From Neocallimastix sp. 'constans' (taxonomy: Eukaryota): DNA of 64,000 nt. The stretch lies in assembly GCA_050613775.1 (NCBI GenBank), contig JBODTK010000010.1, positions 1,302,001-1,366,000 of the forward strand, written 5' to 3'. Below, piece by piece: positions 13,601 through 24,676 of the stretch (its first letter is position 1; each line of letters opens with the position of its first letter). The notes below the pieces were generated by a model that was given only the letters and a program-made list of their open reading frames with translations, ran no database searches and was not told where the DNA came from. Position numbers and translations under genes: made by a program.

Positions 13601-15051
13601 GCAATCAATTAGAAGATCAAAAATGGTCTCTATGGAACAGAAATCCTTCTGGATCATCAAACAGTAAAACTCGTATCGTTTGGATTTATAATAGAAAAAT
13701 AAACAGATGTTTATCAGTAGGTTTAAATATAAACGATAGACCTACCGCTTTTGAATGTAGAAATTCGAATCGTTATCAATGGGAAATTCCTGTATCTGGC
13801 GATGGTTTCTTTAAAAATGTCAGGGAAGGATGGTGTTTACATGTTAATGATATTAATAGTGATAAAGAAAGTAATATCGTTATGGGAAAATGTGATGGAT
13901 ATGCAGTTATAAAAGATATTAGTTCTACCTACAATGGAGAAAGTATTATTTCAATATTAGGTGAAAATAAATGTTTAGATTCAATAAATCTCGCGGATCC
14001 TACCACAACTGATCTTAAATTAAGCGTCTGTAATAAAAATAATGATTTTCAACATTGGGAAATTCGTACCACTTTTCCAGGTGATGTTGTTAAATGTGGA
14101 AAAGGTTATGGAAATTGTCCATCAGGACAATGTTGTAGTAAAGATGGTATTTGTGGTACTATGGATAATCAATGTGGAACTGGATGTCAACCATCCTATG
14201 GTAAATGCCATAGCAACATTTCAACTACCATCGCTTCTAATGCTAAACCAAAATGGATCTATAACGCATCTGTGGATAAATGTTTATATACTAAGGGAAA
14301 GGGAATCTACGATTACAATCTTTTAATGAAAGATTGTGAAGATAATAACAAGTTCAAATGGTATATATCACCTTATCCAAAAGGATATTTCCATTCTGCC
14401 TCTCTTACAGATTATTGCTTAACTGTCAATTCAAGTAATAATAATATGGCTATTCGTGATTGTGACTCCAGTACTGCATTAGACTACACAGATGATGGAA
14501 TAATTTATTCGGTTGATATTGGTAATGGAGAATGTATGAGTGCTAGCGGCAGCAGTAGTAATATCAATTTAAAAACATGTAATAAATCAGATGAGCAAAT
14601 ATGGTCAGTATGGGATAGAAATCCTTATGAGATTACCAGATTAAAAACACGTACTGTATGGATTTATAATAAAAAATTAAACAAATGTTTAATTTCTGGA
14701 TCATCCTTTACCTACAGACCATACATTGGTAATTGTAGTGATGAAAAGAAAGCCAAATGGGAAATTCCTGTTTCAGGAGATGGTTTCTTTAAATCATTGT
14801 ATAAAGGATATTGTTTATATGTTACCAACAATAATCGAGGTACTATTGTAATGAGGCAATGTAATAATAATGCCATTATAAAGGATATCAAGACTTCTAT
14901 TAACAAAGAAAGTATTATGTCACCATTAAATAGTAAAAAGTGTTTAGGTTTATTAGAAAGTAATGGTGTGAAATTAAACATGAATACCTGTGATAATTCT
15001 AAAAATGATCAACATTGGGAAATACGTACAAAGAATCCTGCATCCAATTAA
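10648..15051 (+). CDS. Secreted multidomain subtilisin-like serine protease (S8) with prodomain, two CBM18 chitin-binding modules, Cys-rich repeats and ricin-B/CBM13-like lectin repeats
   Basis: ATG at 10648 opens a hydrophobic signal peptide (MKGLYLFFLLITF...). Catalytic motifs VDTG, DHG and GTSLATP, with oxyanion AAGN. Hevein-like CGKGYGNCPSGQCCSKDGICG..C and CGKGVGSCSEGCCTKNGVC. Repeated WIYN..KCL...QxW units. No introns are needed to build the ORF. Confidence 0.92.
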   Translation: MKGLYLFFLLITFVSNIILIYAENENYIVAIRRSKNDKKYDYESPEIQKKIDELVNDKMNDIYEIIDDNKETYILENGQMDEKLKELDNSVVVRKRSNKNHKFIFTDGNRKYRNKRSLELNQLSNNSTEEYIPIESVLVNHLCPISNYYTINVYLSEETQKIVCKLDNVIYCEKVLPIKIENVIPSDFDTYNLNSNTESNSSSKSNIYYDIKKIKNETNWSGVSVQSFPYTPNHLALLSQSAYVNMNKPFDNNFYYPSSAGKGIDIFLVDTGLNVNHEDFDTSERTVTCDAIATEYGTYINEGEEKKHCIGAKISVDHGEMVTSVSGGSIYGVAKKANLHMIAIDLKSASTILALDYIMRYAKNPNKSVISMSLGHFEYSQASNDKLDDVISKGFSIFVAAGNNNSNSCESKESGNFTGYSGYRKAIAVGAIENDVYGNGYYRIDYSNYGDCVDIFAPGTVVCADIYKGTISASGTSLATPIVAGIAATIMSENPGIKFNKEKLVKMIIDSSMKNVIHNLGSSDTPNRLVNNGKVSIYRNENKKSCGKGVGSCSEGCCTKNGVCLTYNYYPWEECLVENGCQSEFGSCTSKNQAIKDCEKEYNDNKNCYVEISSDMNDAEFIDHCKILESNQCKVYFRKKINNLSICTIAKKYRSFNFIENFDEKKYHSSLKLCHTTEKKLESECITQMKEYQDCLINGNINLNDPYSFGSNFNRCSKITSSKCSTLYNEKTDELRKKLSYCYLLKDHYGKDIIKDKINVNIFYKNAYQNYNDFVKFCDNTKEKSIDICDDIIDEHSECQINKNENKYDCNTFISGKCQNFYNLLNMGRFVCNIAKKYKSYDIVDNLKSEKFNQYQEKCEMMTLNTNAKRLWIYNESTGKCLFAPDKINQPPVLKDCNDNNLSQWYISSYDKSIIQSASNTNRCLNIVDPINGTIEINKCTDSIQFKYFSDDGVIFSPTFGSRKCLSVGDGKSAKTNNSVYYRVCNQLEDQKWSLWNRNPSGSSNSKTRIVWIYNRKINRCLSVGLNINDRPTAFECRNSNRYQWEIPVSGDGFFKNVREGWCLHVNDINSDKESNIVMGKCDGYAVIKDISSTYNGESIISILGENKCLDSINLADPTTTDLKLSVCNKNNDFQHWEIRTTFPGDVVKCGKGYGNCPSGQCCSKDGICGTMDNQCGTGCQPSYGKCHSNISTTIASNAKPKWIYNASVDKCLYTKGKGIYDYNLLMKDCEDNNKFKWYISPYPKGYFHSASLTDYCLTVNSSNNNMAIRDCDSSTALDYTDDGIIYSVDIGNGECMSASGSSSNINLKTCNKSDEQIWSVWDRNPYEITRLKTRTVWIYNKKLNKCLISGSSFTYRPYIGNCSDEKKAKWEIPVSGDGFFKSLYKGYCLYVTNNNRGTIVMRQCNNNAIIKDIKTSINKESIMSPLNSKKCLGLLESNGVKLNMNTCDNSKNDQHWEIRTKNPASN

Positions 15052-15925
15052 AATAAAAATAATATAGATTCTACTAACTTTTTAATTAAATAAGAATAAT
15101 TTATCAATTATTCTCCTAAACTATTAATAAAAATAGAATGATTTATTAATTATTCACCTAAACTATTAATAAAAATAGAATGATTTATTAATTATTCTAC
15201 AAACGAACTTTTCAATAGAATAATATAAAATTTTATTATAAATAATTAAATATAAAAATATAAAAATATATATATATATATATAATACATTAAATTTAAT
15301 ATTATTATGTCTAATTTCAAAAGTAACAAGAAATACTTTTTAGAAGCAGATATAATTAATATTATTACATTGAAATAAATAGCATACATATATATATTTA
15401 TATATATATATAAATAAATAAAAATAAATACTTTTGTTAATATAATTTTAAAATCATAATAGAAATAATGAAATAATAATAGAAATAATGAAATAATAAT
15501 AAAAATATTGAAATAATAATAGAAATAATGAAATAATAATAGAATGTAAAAATAATACTAATTTATAAAACAGATTGGAATTTAGAAGAAAAAAAGGTAT
15601 AGCATAATAATAATAATATGTAGATTATATGAAATAAATTATTATGATATATTTTTTACTAAAAAAAAAATAATAATAATAAAAATACTTCAGAAAATAG
15701 AAATATGTAATAGAATAGAAAATAGAAACATGTAATAGATTCGCATTCGCATTAAATAAAAAAAAATAATACTATAGAAAATAGAAACATGTAATAGATT
15801 CTCATTAAATAAAAAGAAATTTTATAATAAAGAAACAAAAAGAAGAAAAAAAAAAACAAAACAAAAATTCATCATTTCGTTTTAACATTTATTTCACTTA
15901 ATTCTACTGTATTTCTATATAAATT

Positions 15926-15994
<69 letters not shown>

Positions 15995-16429
15995 TTTTTA
16001 AAGTTTAATTAATATAACAATTATAAAAAGTAAAAATTTAAAAAAAAAAAAAAAAAAATGTGTGGCATTTCACAATTATGCATTTAGTAATATGACTTAT
16101 ATATTTTATGTAAATGCTACATTATTTAATAATTTTAACAAATGAATAAATAAATAAATAAATATGTTATTATTTATTATTATTTATTATTATTATTTTT
16201 TTTTATTATATATTTATTTATTATATATTAATTATATATTTATTTATTATATATTTATTTATTATATATTTATTTATTATTTATTTATTTATTATTTATT
16301 TATTTATTTATTTATTATTTATTGTTTATTTGTTTATTTGTTTAATTATTCTTTTAAAAAGCTACATTATTCTCCAAAGGAAATATTACATTTAGTAGTA
16401 TTTAAGTCTTTAATAACATCGTAAGGTAG

Positions 16430-17200
16430 ATGATCATATATTATTTGGATTTTTCTTGGAATTCTAGGAATTTTGTTCCCAGGAGGTTTATTTACTTTTA
16501 TTTTCTTATTAATGAGTTTATTTAATGTATTATTTGGAATACTATTTTTATCATTATCAGAAATAATATGATCATTATCCGTTGTAATGACTTGAGGAAT
16601 TACATGTCTAGCGAAAACATTTTATTAAAAAAAACTTAATGATAGCCTTAGATGTAATATTTTCCCGTAGGTTCAGCTTCAACCCATTTAGTGAAATAAT
16701 CAAAAGCAACCATTATATATTGGTTGTTATTACTCGTCTTTACTAAAGGGCCAATAATATAATATAAAGTCCAAGAGGAATAAAAAGGGCCTTCAACTTC
16801 TGTTGAAATATTTTCAGTGGGTTCTGGATATGGCTGAGGGTGATTTAACTGACACTTTTTTTTTTCACATGTTGATACTATCCATTGTATATCATTGATC
16901 AATATCACACCAATAGTATCTTTTCCTAAGTCTTTGATATGTTTATAGAATAACCTTTATGGCTAAACCTGATGTGCTTCTAGTATTAATTTTTATTTTT
17001 ATTTTTATTTTTTTTTTTTTTTATTTATTTCGGTGACAAGTTCTCTTATAATTATTTCCATCAATAAAACAAGCTTCACCATCAATCGTAGTGAATTTTT
17101 CTTCAACAAAATTTCTTTTTAATTACTTTTAGAAAGTGAATCATTCTCATCATTTTTATCAGTTTTTATTAGCTAATAACTTTTGTTCTTTATCATTCTT
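16430..17200 (-). pseudogene. Degenerate Ty3/gypsy integrase fragment
   Basis: IIGPL...DYFTKWVEAEP and FARHVIPQVITT motifs, homologous to the pol proteins elsewhere in the window. Many frameshifts, no LTR recognised, boundaries approximate. Confidence 0.8.
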
Positions 17201-17629
17201 CCAATTTTTTTATTCGAATAGTATTTCAGACTCATAATCTCTTTCTGAAAATCTGATAAATTAATTCAGACACGAAAACACTCTTCGAAAATCTGAAAAA
17301 AAAAAAAATAAAAAAAAAAAAAAAAAAAGAAAATAATAATAATAATTTAAAATTTAGACTCAAAAACCCAATTTGAAAATCTGAAGCCCCTTTTTTTTTT
17401 TTTTTATTTTTAAGAAAATTTTAATATTTATTTTATTCTCTTAGGCATTATTACACAGAATTTGTATATCTTTGTTTTTATTAATTTATTTTGTAGTAAT
17501 AATTTCTTTATTTAATTTTATTTATTTTACTTATTTCTTATATTAAAATTAATTTGAATTAGTTTTGGATTAGGTTAAAATGATTAAATTTAGAAAGTAT
17601 TGATTTATTATTTAAATTTAATTTTTTGA

Positions 17630-19104
17630 TGATACGGGCTGGGGTTGAAACACTAAGATATTCAAAACAAAAAAAAAATAAATATTAACACATAACTATA
17701 AAAATAAATTTGGAAACAAGAAAAAAATTAAATTTTAAAATATTCTTTATTTAAATTTAAAATTAAAATCATTTGTTCCCCGTATTAAAAAGAAAGAAAT
17801 TTATTCTTCTTTTTATACTTTTATTTTAATACATTTTATTTATTATTAATATATTCTTTATAAAAAAAAAAAACTATTATAACTATTTTATTTTAATTTT
17901 TAACTATTATTTTAAATTATTTTTTAAAAAAAAAAAAAATAACATTTATTAAATTAAAATATAAAAAATTAATTTGGAGCTTGTATCACGAAGGGCATTC
18001 CGGGCGGTAGCTTCTTCTTGATATTGTTATTCAGAGAGAGAATTATACAGAATTGATATTTTCTGTATTTTAGATCATTTTTATTATTGGAATTCTTCTG
18101 TATTTTAGTTCATTTTTATTTTAATAAAGATTTAATTTATTTTTAATTTTTGTTTTATTTTTAGTTTATTTCAAAGGTTTTAGAAAATATTATACAGAAA
18201 CTTATAATTCTGTATTTTACATCAAATATTTATTGAAATAGGTTTTTATTATTCTTAATATAAAAATAAGAATTAATAATGATTTAAATATTATATAATT
18301 TTTAATAAGAATATTTAGTAATAATTTTTATTATATTTAATATTAATAAAATATTTAATAATTATTTTTATTAGATTTGATATTAATAAAAGATTTTAAT
18401 AAGAATATTTAATAATAATTTTTATTATATTTAATATTAATAAAAGAATTTTATAAGAATATTTAATAATAATTTTTATTATAAAAGATTTTAATAAGAA
18501 TATAATTTTTATTATATTTGATATTAATAAAAGATTTTAATAAGAATATTTAATAATAATTTTTATTAGATTTGATATTAATAAAAGAATTTTATAAGAA
18601 TATTTAATAATAATTTTTATTATAAAAGATTTTAATAAGAATATTTAATAATAATTTTTATTATATTTAATATTAATAAAAGATTTTTATTAGAATATTT
18701 AATAATTTTTATTATATTTGATATTAATAAAAGAATTTTATAAGAATATTTAATAATAATTTTTATTAGAATATTTAATAATTTTTATTATATTTGATAT
18801 TAATAAAAGAATTTTATAAGAATATTTAATAATAATTTTTATTATAAAAGATTTTAATAAGAATATTTAATAATAATTTTTATTATATTTAATATTAATA
18901 AAAGAAATTTATAAGAATATTTAATAATAATTTTTATTATATTTAATATTAATAAAAGAAATTTATAAGAATATTTAATAATAATTTTTATTATATTTGA
19001 TATTAATAAAAGATTTTAATAAAAATATTTAATAATAATTTTATTTTATTATAATTAAGAGTATTTAATAGGAAATACAAGGTATTTAGTGACACCCCGT
19101 ATCA
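17630..19104. mobile_element. Solo LTR J1 with internal AT-rich minisatellite
   Basis: Termini tgatacggg...cccgtatca. TSD ttga at 17626-17629 and 19105-19108. Confidence 0.85.
18290..19050 (+). repeat. Variable ~36-54 bp minisatellite in LTR J (also about 19760-20580)
   Basis: Tandem aagaatatttaataataatttttattatatttgatattaataaaagattttaat units and shorter variants. Confidence 0.85.
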
Positions 19105-19108
19105 TTGA

Positions 19109-20633
19109 TGATACGGGCTGGGGTTGAAACACTAAGATATTCAAAACAAAAAAAAAATAAATATTAACACATAACTATAAAAATAAATTTGGAAACAAGA
19201 AAAAAAATTAAATTTTAAAATATTCTTTATTTAAATTTAAATTAAAATTATTTGTTCCCAGTATTAAAAAGAAAGAAATTTATTCTTCTTTTTATACTTT
19301 TATTTTAATACATTTTATTTATTATTAATATATTCTTTATAAAAAAAACTATTATAACTATTTTATTTTAATTTTTAACTATTATTTTAAATTATTTTTT
19401 TAAAAAAAAAAATAACATTTATTAAATTAAAATATAAAAAATTAATTTAGAGATTGTATCACGAAGGGCATTCCGGGCGGTAGCTTCTTCTTGATATTGT
19501 TTTTCAGAGAGAGAATTATACAGAATTGATATTTTCTGTATTTTAGATCATTTTTTTATTATTGAAATTCTGTATTTTAGTTCATTTTTATTTTAATAAA
19601 GATTTAATTTATTTTTAATTTTTGATTTATTTTTAGTTTATTTCAAAGGTTTAGAAAATATTATACTGAAACTTATAATTCTGTATTTTATATCAAATAT
19701 TTATTGAAATAGGTTTTTATTATTCTTAATATAAAAATAAGAATTAATAATGATTTAAATATTATATAATTTTTAATAAGAATATTTAATAATAATTTTT
19801 ATTATATTTAATATTAATAAAAGATTTTTATTAGAATATTTAATAATAATTTTTATTATATTTGATATTAATAAAAGATTTTAATAAGAATATTTAATAA
19901 TAATTTTTATTATATTTAATAAAAGAATTTTATAAGAATATTTAATAATAATTTTTATTATATTTGATATTAATAAAAGAATTTTATAAGAATATTTAAT
20001 AATAATTTTTATTATAAAAGATTTTAATAAGAATATTTAATAATAATTTTTATTATATTTAATATTAATAAAAGATTTTAATAAGAATATTTAATAATAA
20101 TTTTTATTATATTTGATATTAATAAAAGATTTTAATAAGAATATTTAATAATAATTTTTATTATATTTGATATTAATAAAAGATTTTAATAAGAATATTT
20201 AATAATAATTTTTATTATATTTAATAAAAGATTTTTATTAGAATATTTAATAATAATTTTTATTATATTTGATATTAATAAAAGAATTTTATAAGAATAT
20301 TTAATAATAATTTTTATTATAAAAGATTTTAATAAGAATATTTAATAATAATTTTTATTATATTTAATATTAATAAAAGATTTTAATAAGAATATTTAAT
20401 AATAATTTTTATTATATTTGATATTAATAAAAGATTTTAATAAGAATATTTAATAATAATTTTTATTATATTTGATATTAATAAAAGATTTTAATAAGAA
20501 TATTTAATAATAATTTTTATTATATTTAATATTAATAAAAGATTTTAATAAGAATATTTAATAATAATTTTATTTTATTATTATTAAGAGTATTTAATAG
20601 GAAATACAAGGTATTTAGTGACACCCCGTATTA
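19109..20633. mobile_element. Solo LTR J2, tandem copy of J1, 15 bp upstream of tRNA copy 2
   Basis: Highly similar to J1. Ends cccgtatta (terminal CA mutated). Flanked by ttga and ttca. Confidence 0.85.
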
Positions 20634-20648
20634 TTCAATTTACAAGCA

Positions 20649-20741
20649 GCTCGTGTAGCCTAGAGGTTTAAGGCGTCGTGCTTATAAGGGTGTACCTCTT
20701 ATGCAACGCGAAGATCGCGGGTTCGACCCCCGCCATGAGCA
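20649..20741 (+). tRNA. tRNA-Ile(UAU) with 19-nt intron, copy 2
   Basis: Same 93-nt sequence as copy 1 but with an intact GCGGG/CCCGC T-stem. T-runs lie just downstream (Pol III terminator-like). Confidence 0.95.
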
Positions 20742-22232
20742 ATATAAATTTTGCTTTTTTGTTCTATATTTATTATTTTTTTTAATTTATTTATTATATA
20801 TAATTCATATTTATATTTATATCTATATTTATTATAATTTTAAAAATTTTATTATTTTATTATTTTTTATTTTTTATTTTATTTTAATTTTTTTGATTCC
20901 TTTTTTTTTTTTTTTTTTTTTTTAAAGAATAATTTAGATTTTTTTATTTTTATATCACTTTAATTCCTTTTTTAATAATTATTTTTATTCGTTTTTATTA
21001 AAAAAATTTTTTTAAATATAAAATTTAATAAATTATAAAGTAAAATAATTTTTTTTTTTTTTCTTATAATATATATATTATAATTAAATAACATCAATTT
21101 AATATTATAAAGTATTGTATATATATATATAATATGTTTAAATCAATCCATAGTTAATATGTTAAATAGTAAATAATATTATGAAATAAATAATAATAAT
21201 AATAATAATAATATTTATTTTCTATAAATTTTGAGAGATTTAATCCTATTTATACAAAACAATCATTAAGAAAAAAATAAATTCGAAATAAAAAATATGT
21301 TTTATTAAAAAAATTTGTTAAAAATCAATATGTATTTATAGATAATAAATGATGAAATAAAAATAATATATATTTAAAACGTTTTATTTTTATTACTTAA
21401 AATATATATATATATATAAGTTGATAATTAACTTTAATAATTATTAGTTATTCAATTTAGTTCAATTAAACTAATTTTTCCTTTATTTTAATAATAAAAA
21501 ATATCTTTTAAATATTACTATTAATCTAATTTAACAATAACCTTACAAAGAACATATTAATATTTCAAATCTCTCTTTTATATTTTATAAATTATATACT
21601 AATACTATTTAATTTTTTAAGATATAATTAATATAAATATTAATAATGTATTATAATAATAATAATAATAATATCAATATATTTATATGTTTTAATATAT
21701 ATATATAAAATAATATTAATAAATACCTGTGAATTCATATATAAATAATTTCAAACTAAATAGAAATACAATTTTACTTACTAATATTTCAGAATTATTT
21801 AATAAGAATTTATATTAATTATTAATCATTTAAGTAAATATTATTTATTAATAATATTAATTATTTAAAATGTAACTAACTGAAATTTAGAATTCAATTC
21901 AGTTATATTTTTAATATGTATTGTTAAAACTTCAAGTCAATTTGGTTTTGACGATTAGGTCAAGATATCAAATTATATTAATATAAAATTATTATTGGAT
22001 AATAATTTTTAGGGATTAGAATTTTAAAATTAATATTAAAGAAATATTAATTAAAAAAATTAAATTAATTAGTATATATTATGTTAAAATTTAATTTATT
22101 AATATATAAAAATAAAGAAAACAAACACTCGAACGTACAAAACTCAATTAAACAATTGGGTTTATGAAATAATATATCTACATTAAACAATGTAAATTTT
22201 TATAAAACTTCAAAAATCAATAAATCAAGAAA

Positions 22233-22274
<42 letters not shown>

Positions 22275-22404
22275 CGGTTTAAAATAAAATATTAATAATT
22301 ACTAAATAAATACATTTTACATTGATATTTGTACTACATATTATTTATTTATTTTTTAATATTAAATGTATTTATTATTTCACATTCCCCCTAATTATTA
22401 ATTT

Positions 22405-24611
22405 TTATTCATATTTGTATAATAAACTATTTCTAAAATTTTGCATTTTATATTTATTTAAAAATTTCGTCAGACCATCTGCTTTATTATTCTTTGATTC
22501 TATGTATTCAAGTTCTACTTTTTTTTCCTTTATTAATTCTCTGATTTTATGATATTTAATGTGTTTTGATCTTGGGTTTATTGTATTATTTTCAGCGTTA
22601 TATATTGCTGCTTGATTGTCAATGTAAATTTTTATGCATTCTCTTTGATCCTTTATTTCTCCTAAAATGTTTCTATACCATAAAGCTTGTTTCGCACATT
22701 CATATAGTCCATAATATTCGGCTTCTGCGGTGGAGGTAGCTACACACTTTTGGAGCTTTGAGTACCAACTAGTTGGACCTGAACCCATAAAATAGATAAA
22801 ACCTGTCGTAGACCTTCTCGTTTCTTTATCATTAGCATAATCTGAATCGACATACGTTTTTAGACATTTTTCTCCATTAAATAAAATACCGTAATATTTT
22901 GCTCCTTTTAAATATCTGAATATTTGTATTACGTTTTTCCAATCTTTTACCTTTGGTTCTTTGCAATGTTGAGCTACTCTATTCACAGAAAACATAATAT
23001 CTGGTCTTGTACAGATAGCCAGATATATTAAACTTCCTACGGCGGACCTATACGTTGTTGGATCAAATAATTCTTCATCATCTTCTTTATCAGATAAACT
23101 TGGTTCGGTAGTTCCTATTTCTTTACAATCTTTTAGTCCAAATTTTTCGAGTATGTCTTCCAAATATCTTTCTTGATGTAAAAGGTAACCATTAGGAATC
23201 CTTTCTATTTTTATACCTATAATAAAATTTGCTTTACCAATATCAGTTACAGAGTATTTTTCTTTAATTCGTCTTACTGTTTTATTAATTTCATCATCTT
23301 TACCTGTAATTAATAAATCATCTACGTATACTCCTATAACACACACAAGTTTATTATCTTTTTTCTTAATAAAAATACACGGTTCACTGACTAATTCATA
23401 GAATCCCAAATGTTTTAAAGTAGTACTAATATTATTATTCCATTCTCTTGCAGCCTGTTTTAGTCCATATAAAGCCTTTTGTAACTTAAAATATCCTTTT
23501 CCAAAATTTGGATCTCCTTCAGGTATCTTCATAAAAATGTCTTCCTTCAAATCGGCATATAGATAAGCTGCCTTTATATCCATTTGGTGAATGTTAAAAT
23601 TGTTTTCTGCAGCAATAGATATTATTATTCTTAATGAATCCTGCTTTAGTGTTGGTGAAAAAGTTTCTTTTTAATCTTCTCCATATTCCTGGGTATAGCC
23701 TCTTGCTACTAGCCTTGCTTTATATTTATCGATTTTTCCTTCACTATCTCTTTTAATTTTGAAAACCCACCTGGAATCGATTATATTAGCGCCTTCAGGA
23801 ACCTTTTCAATCTTTTTGAATACTTTCCTTTCTTTCATATTATTTAATTCGTTTTCTATAGCACTTATCCATTTATCTTTGTCTTTTCTTTTAAATTTCC
23901 ATATATGAATTTGGTTCTCTGATTTGGTTAATTGTCGTTAAACATTCCCTTTTTCTCTTATTACTGTTCTCTTGTATTTCTCCTCTATAGTCATTTACGT
24001 TAATTCCTTCCACATTTTCCTCTACATTTGTATTTAAATTAGCATTTTTATTTAAACTTTTAAGTTTTCTTTTTCCTTTATGCATTATTGTTTCATATTC
24101 TCTACTTTTATTTTTATTAAAATTTAGCGAATCATTATTAATTATTTTAAACTTTTCAAAATTTTTATTATTGTCCATTTTTGATTCATTAATTTTATTT
24201 TTTGAATTAATTAAATTATTTTTTAATTTATACGATTTTAATAAATTTTTATCTTTTGAAAATTTTTTATTGTCTTTATTTTTAAAAGTTAAATGTAAAT
24301 TAGATTTTTGTTTATTTTCTGAATAATTATTTTTTATATTAATTTTATATTTATTTATAACTTCTACATGATTTTTTTTTAGGATTTTTATCAAACTTTA
24401 CAGGATTTTTGTCAGGATTTTCAGGATTTTTGTTTTCAATTATTTTGTTTTAAGGATATATTTGATTCATTAGGTTTGTATTATTTTTCGTATTATTTGT
24501 TTTTATTTTTATTTCCCTTGAATTCTTATTTTTTAATTTTGAATTGCTTGAATGATTTTCGGCATTAACTTTATTTGGATTAATTTCTAAATTAATTTTT
24601 TGACTAATTTC

Positions 24612-24676
<65 letters not shown>

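Noticed and set aside
17222..17390. Three short ttcagac...aaatctga repeats
   Set aside because: Too short and degenerate to assign. Possibly leader remnants of the adjacent decayed gypsy fragment.
17630..20633. J1 and J2 as the two LTRs of one full element, or as DNA transposons
   Set aside because: Only 4 bp separate them, with no PBS, PPT or internal region. Terminal inverted repeats are 9 bp and match the gypsy LTR termini style.
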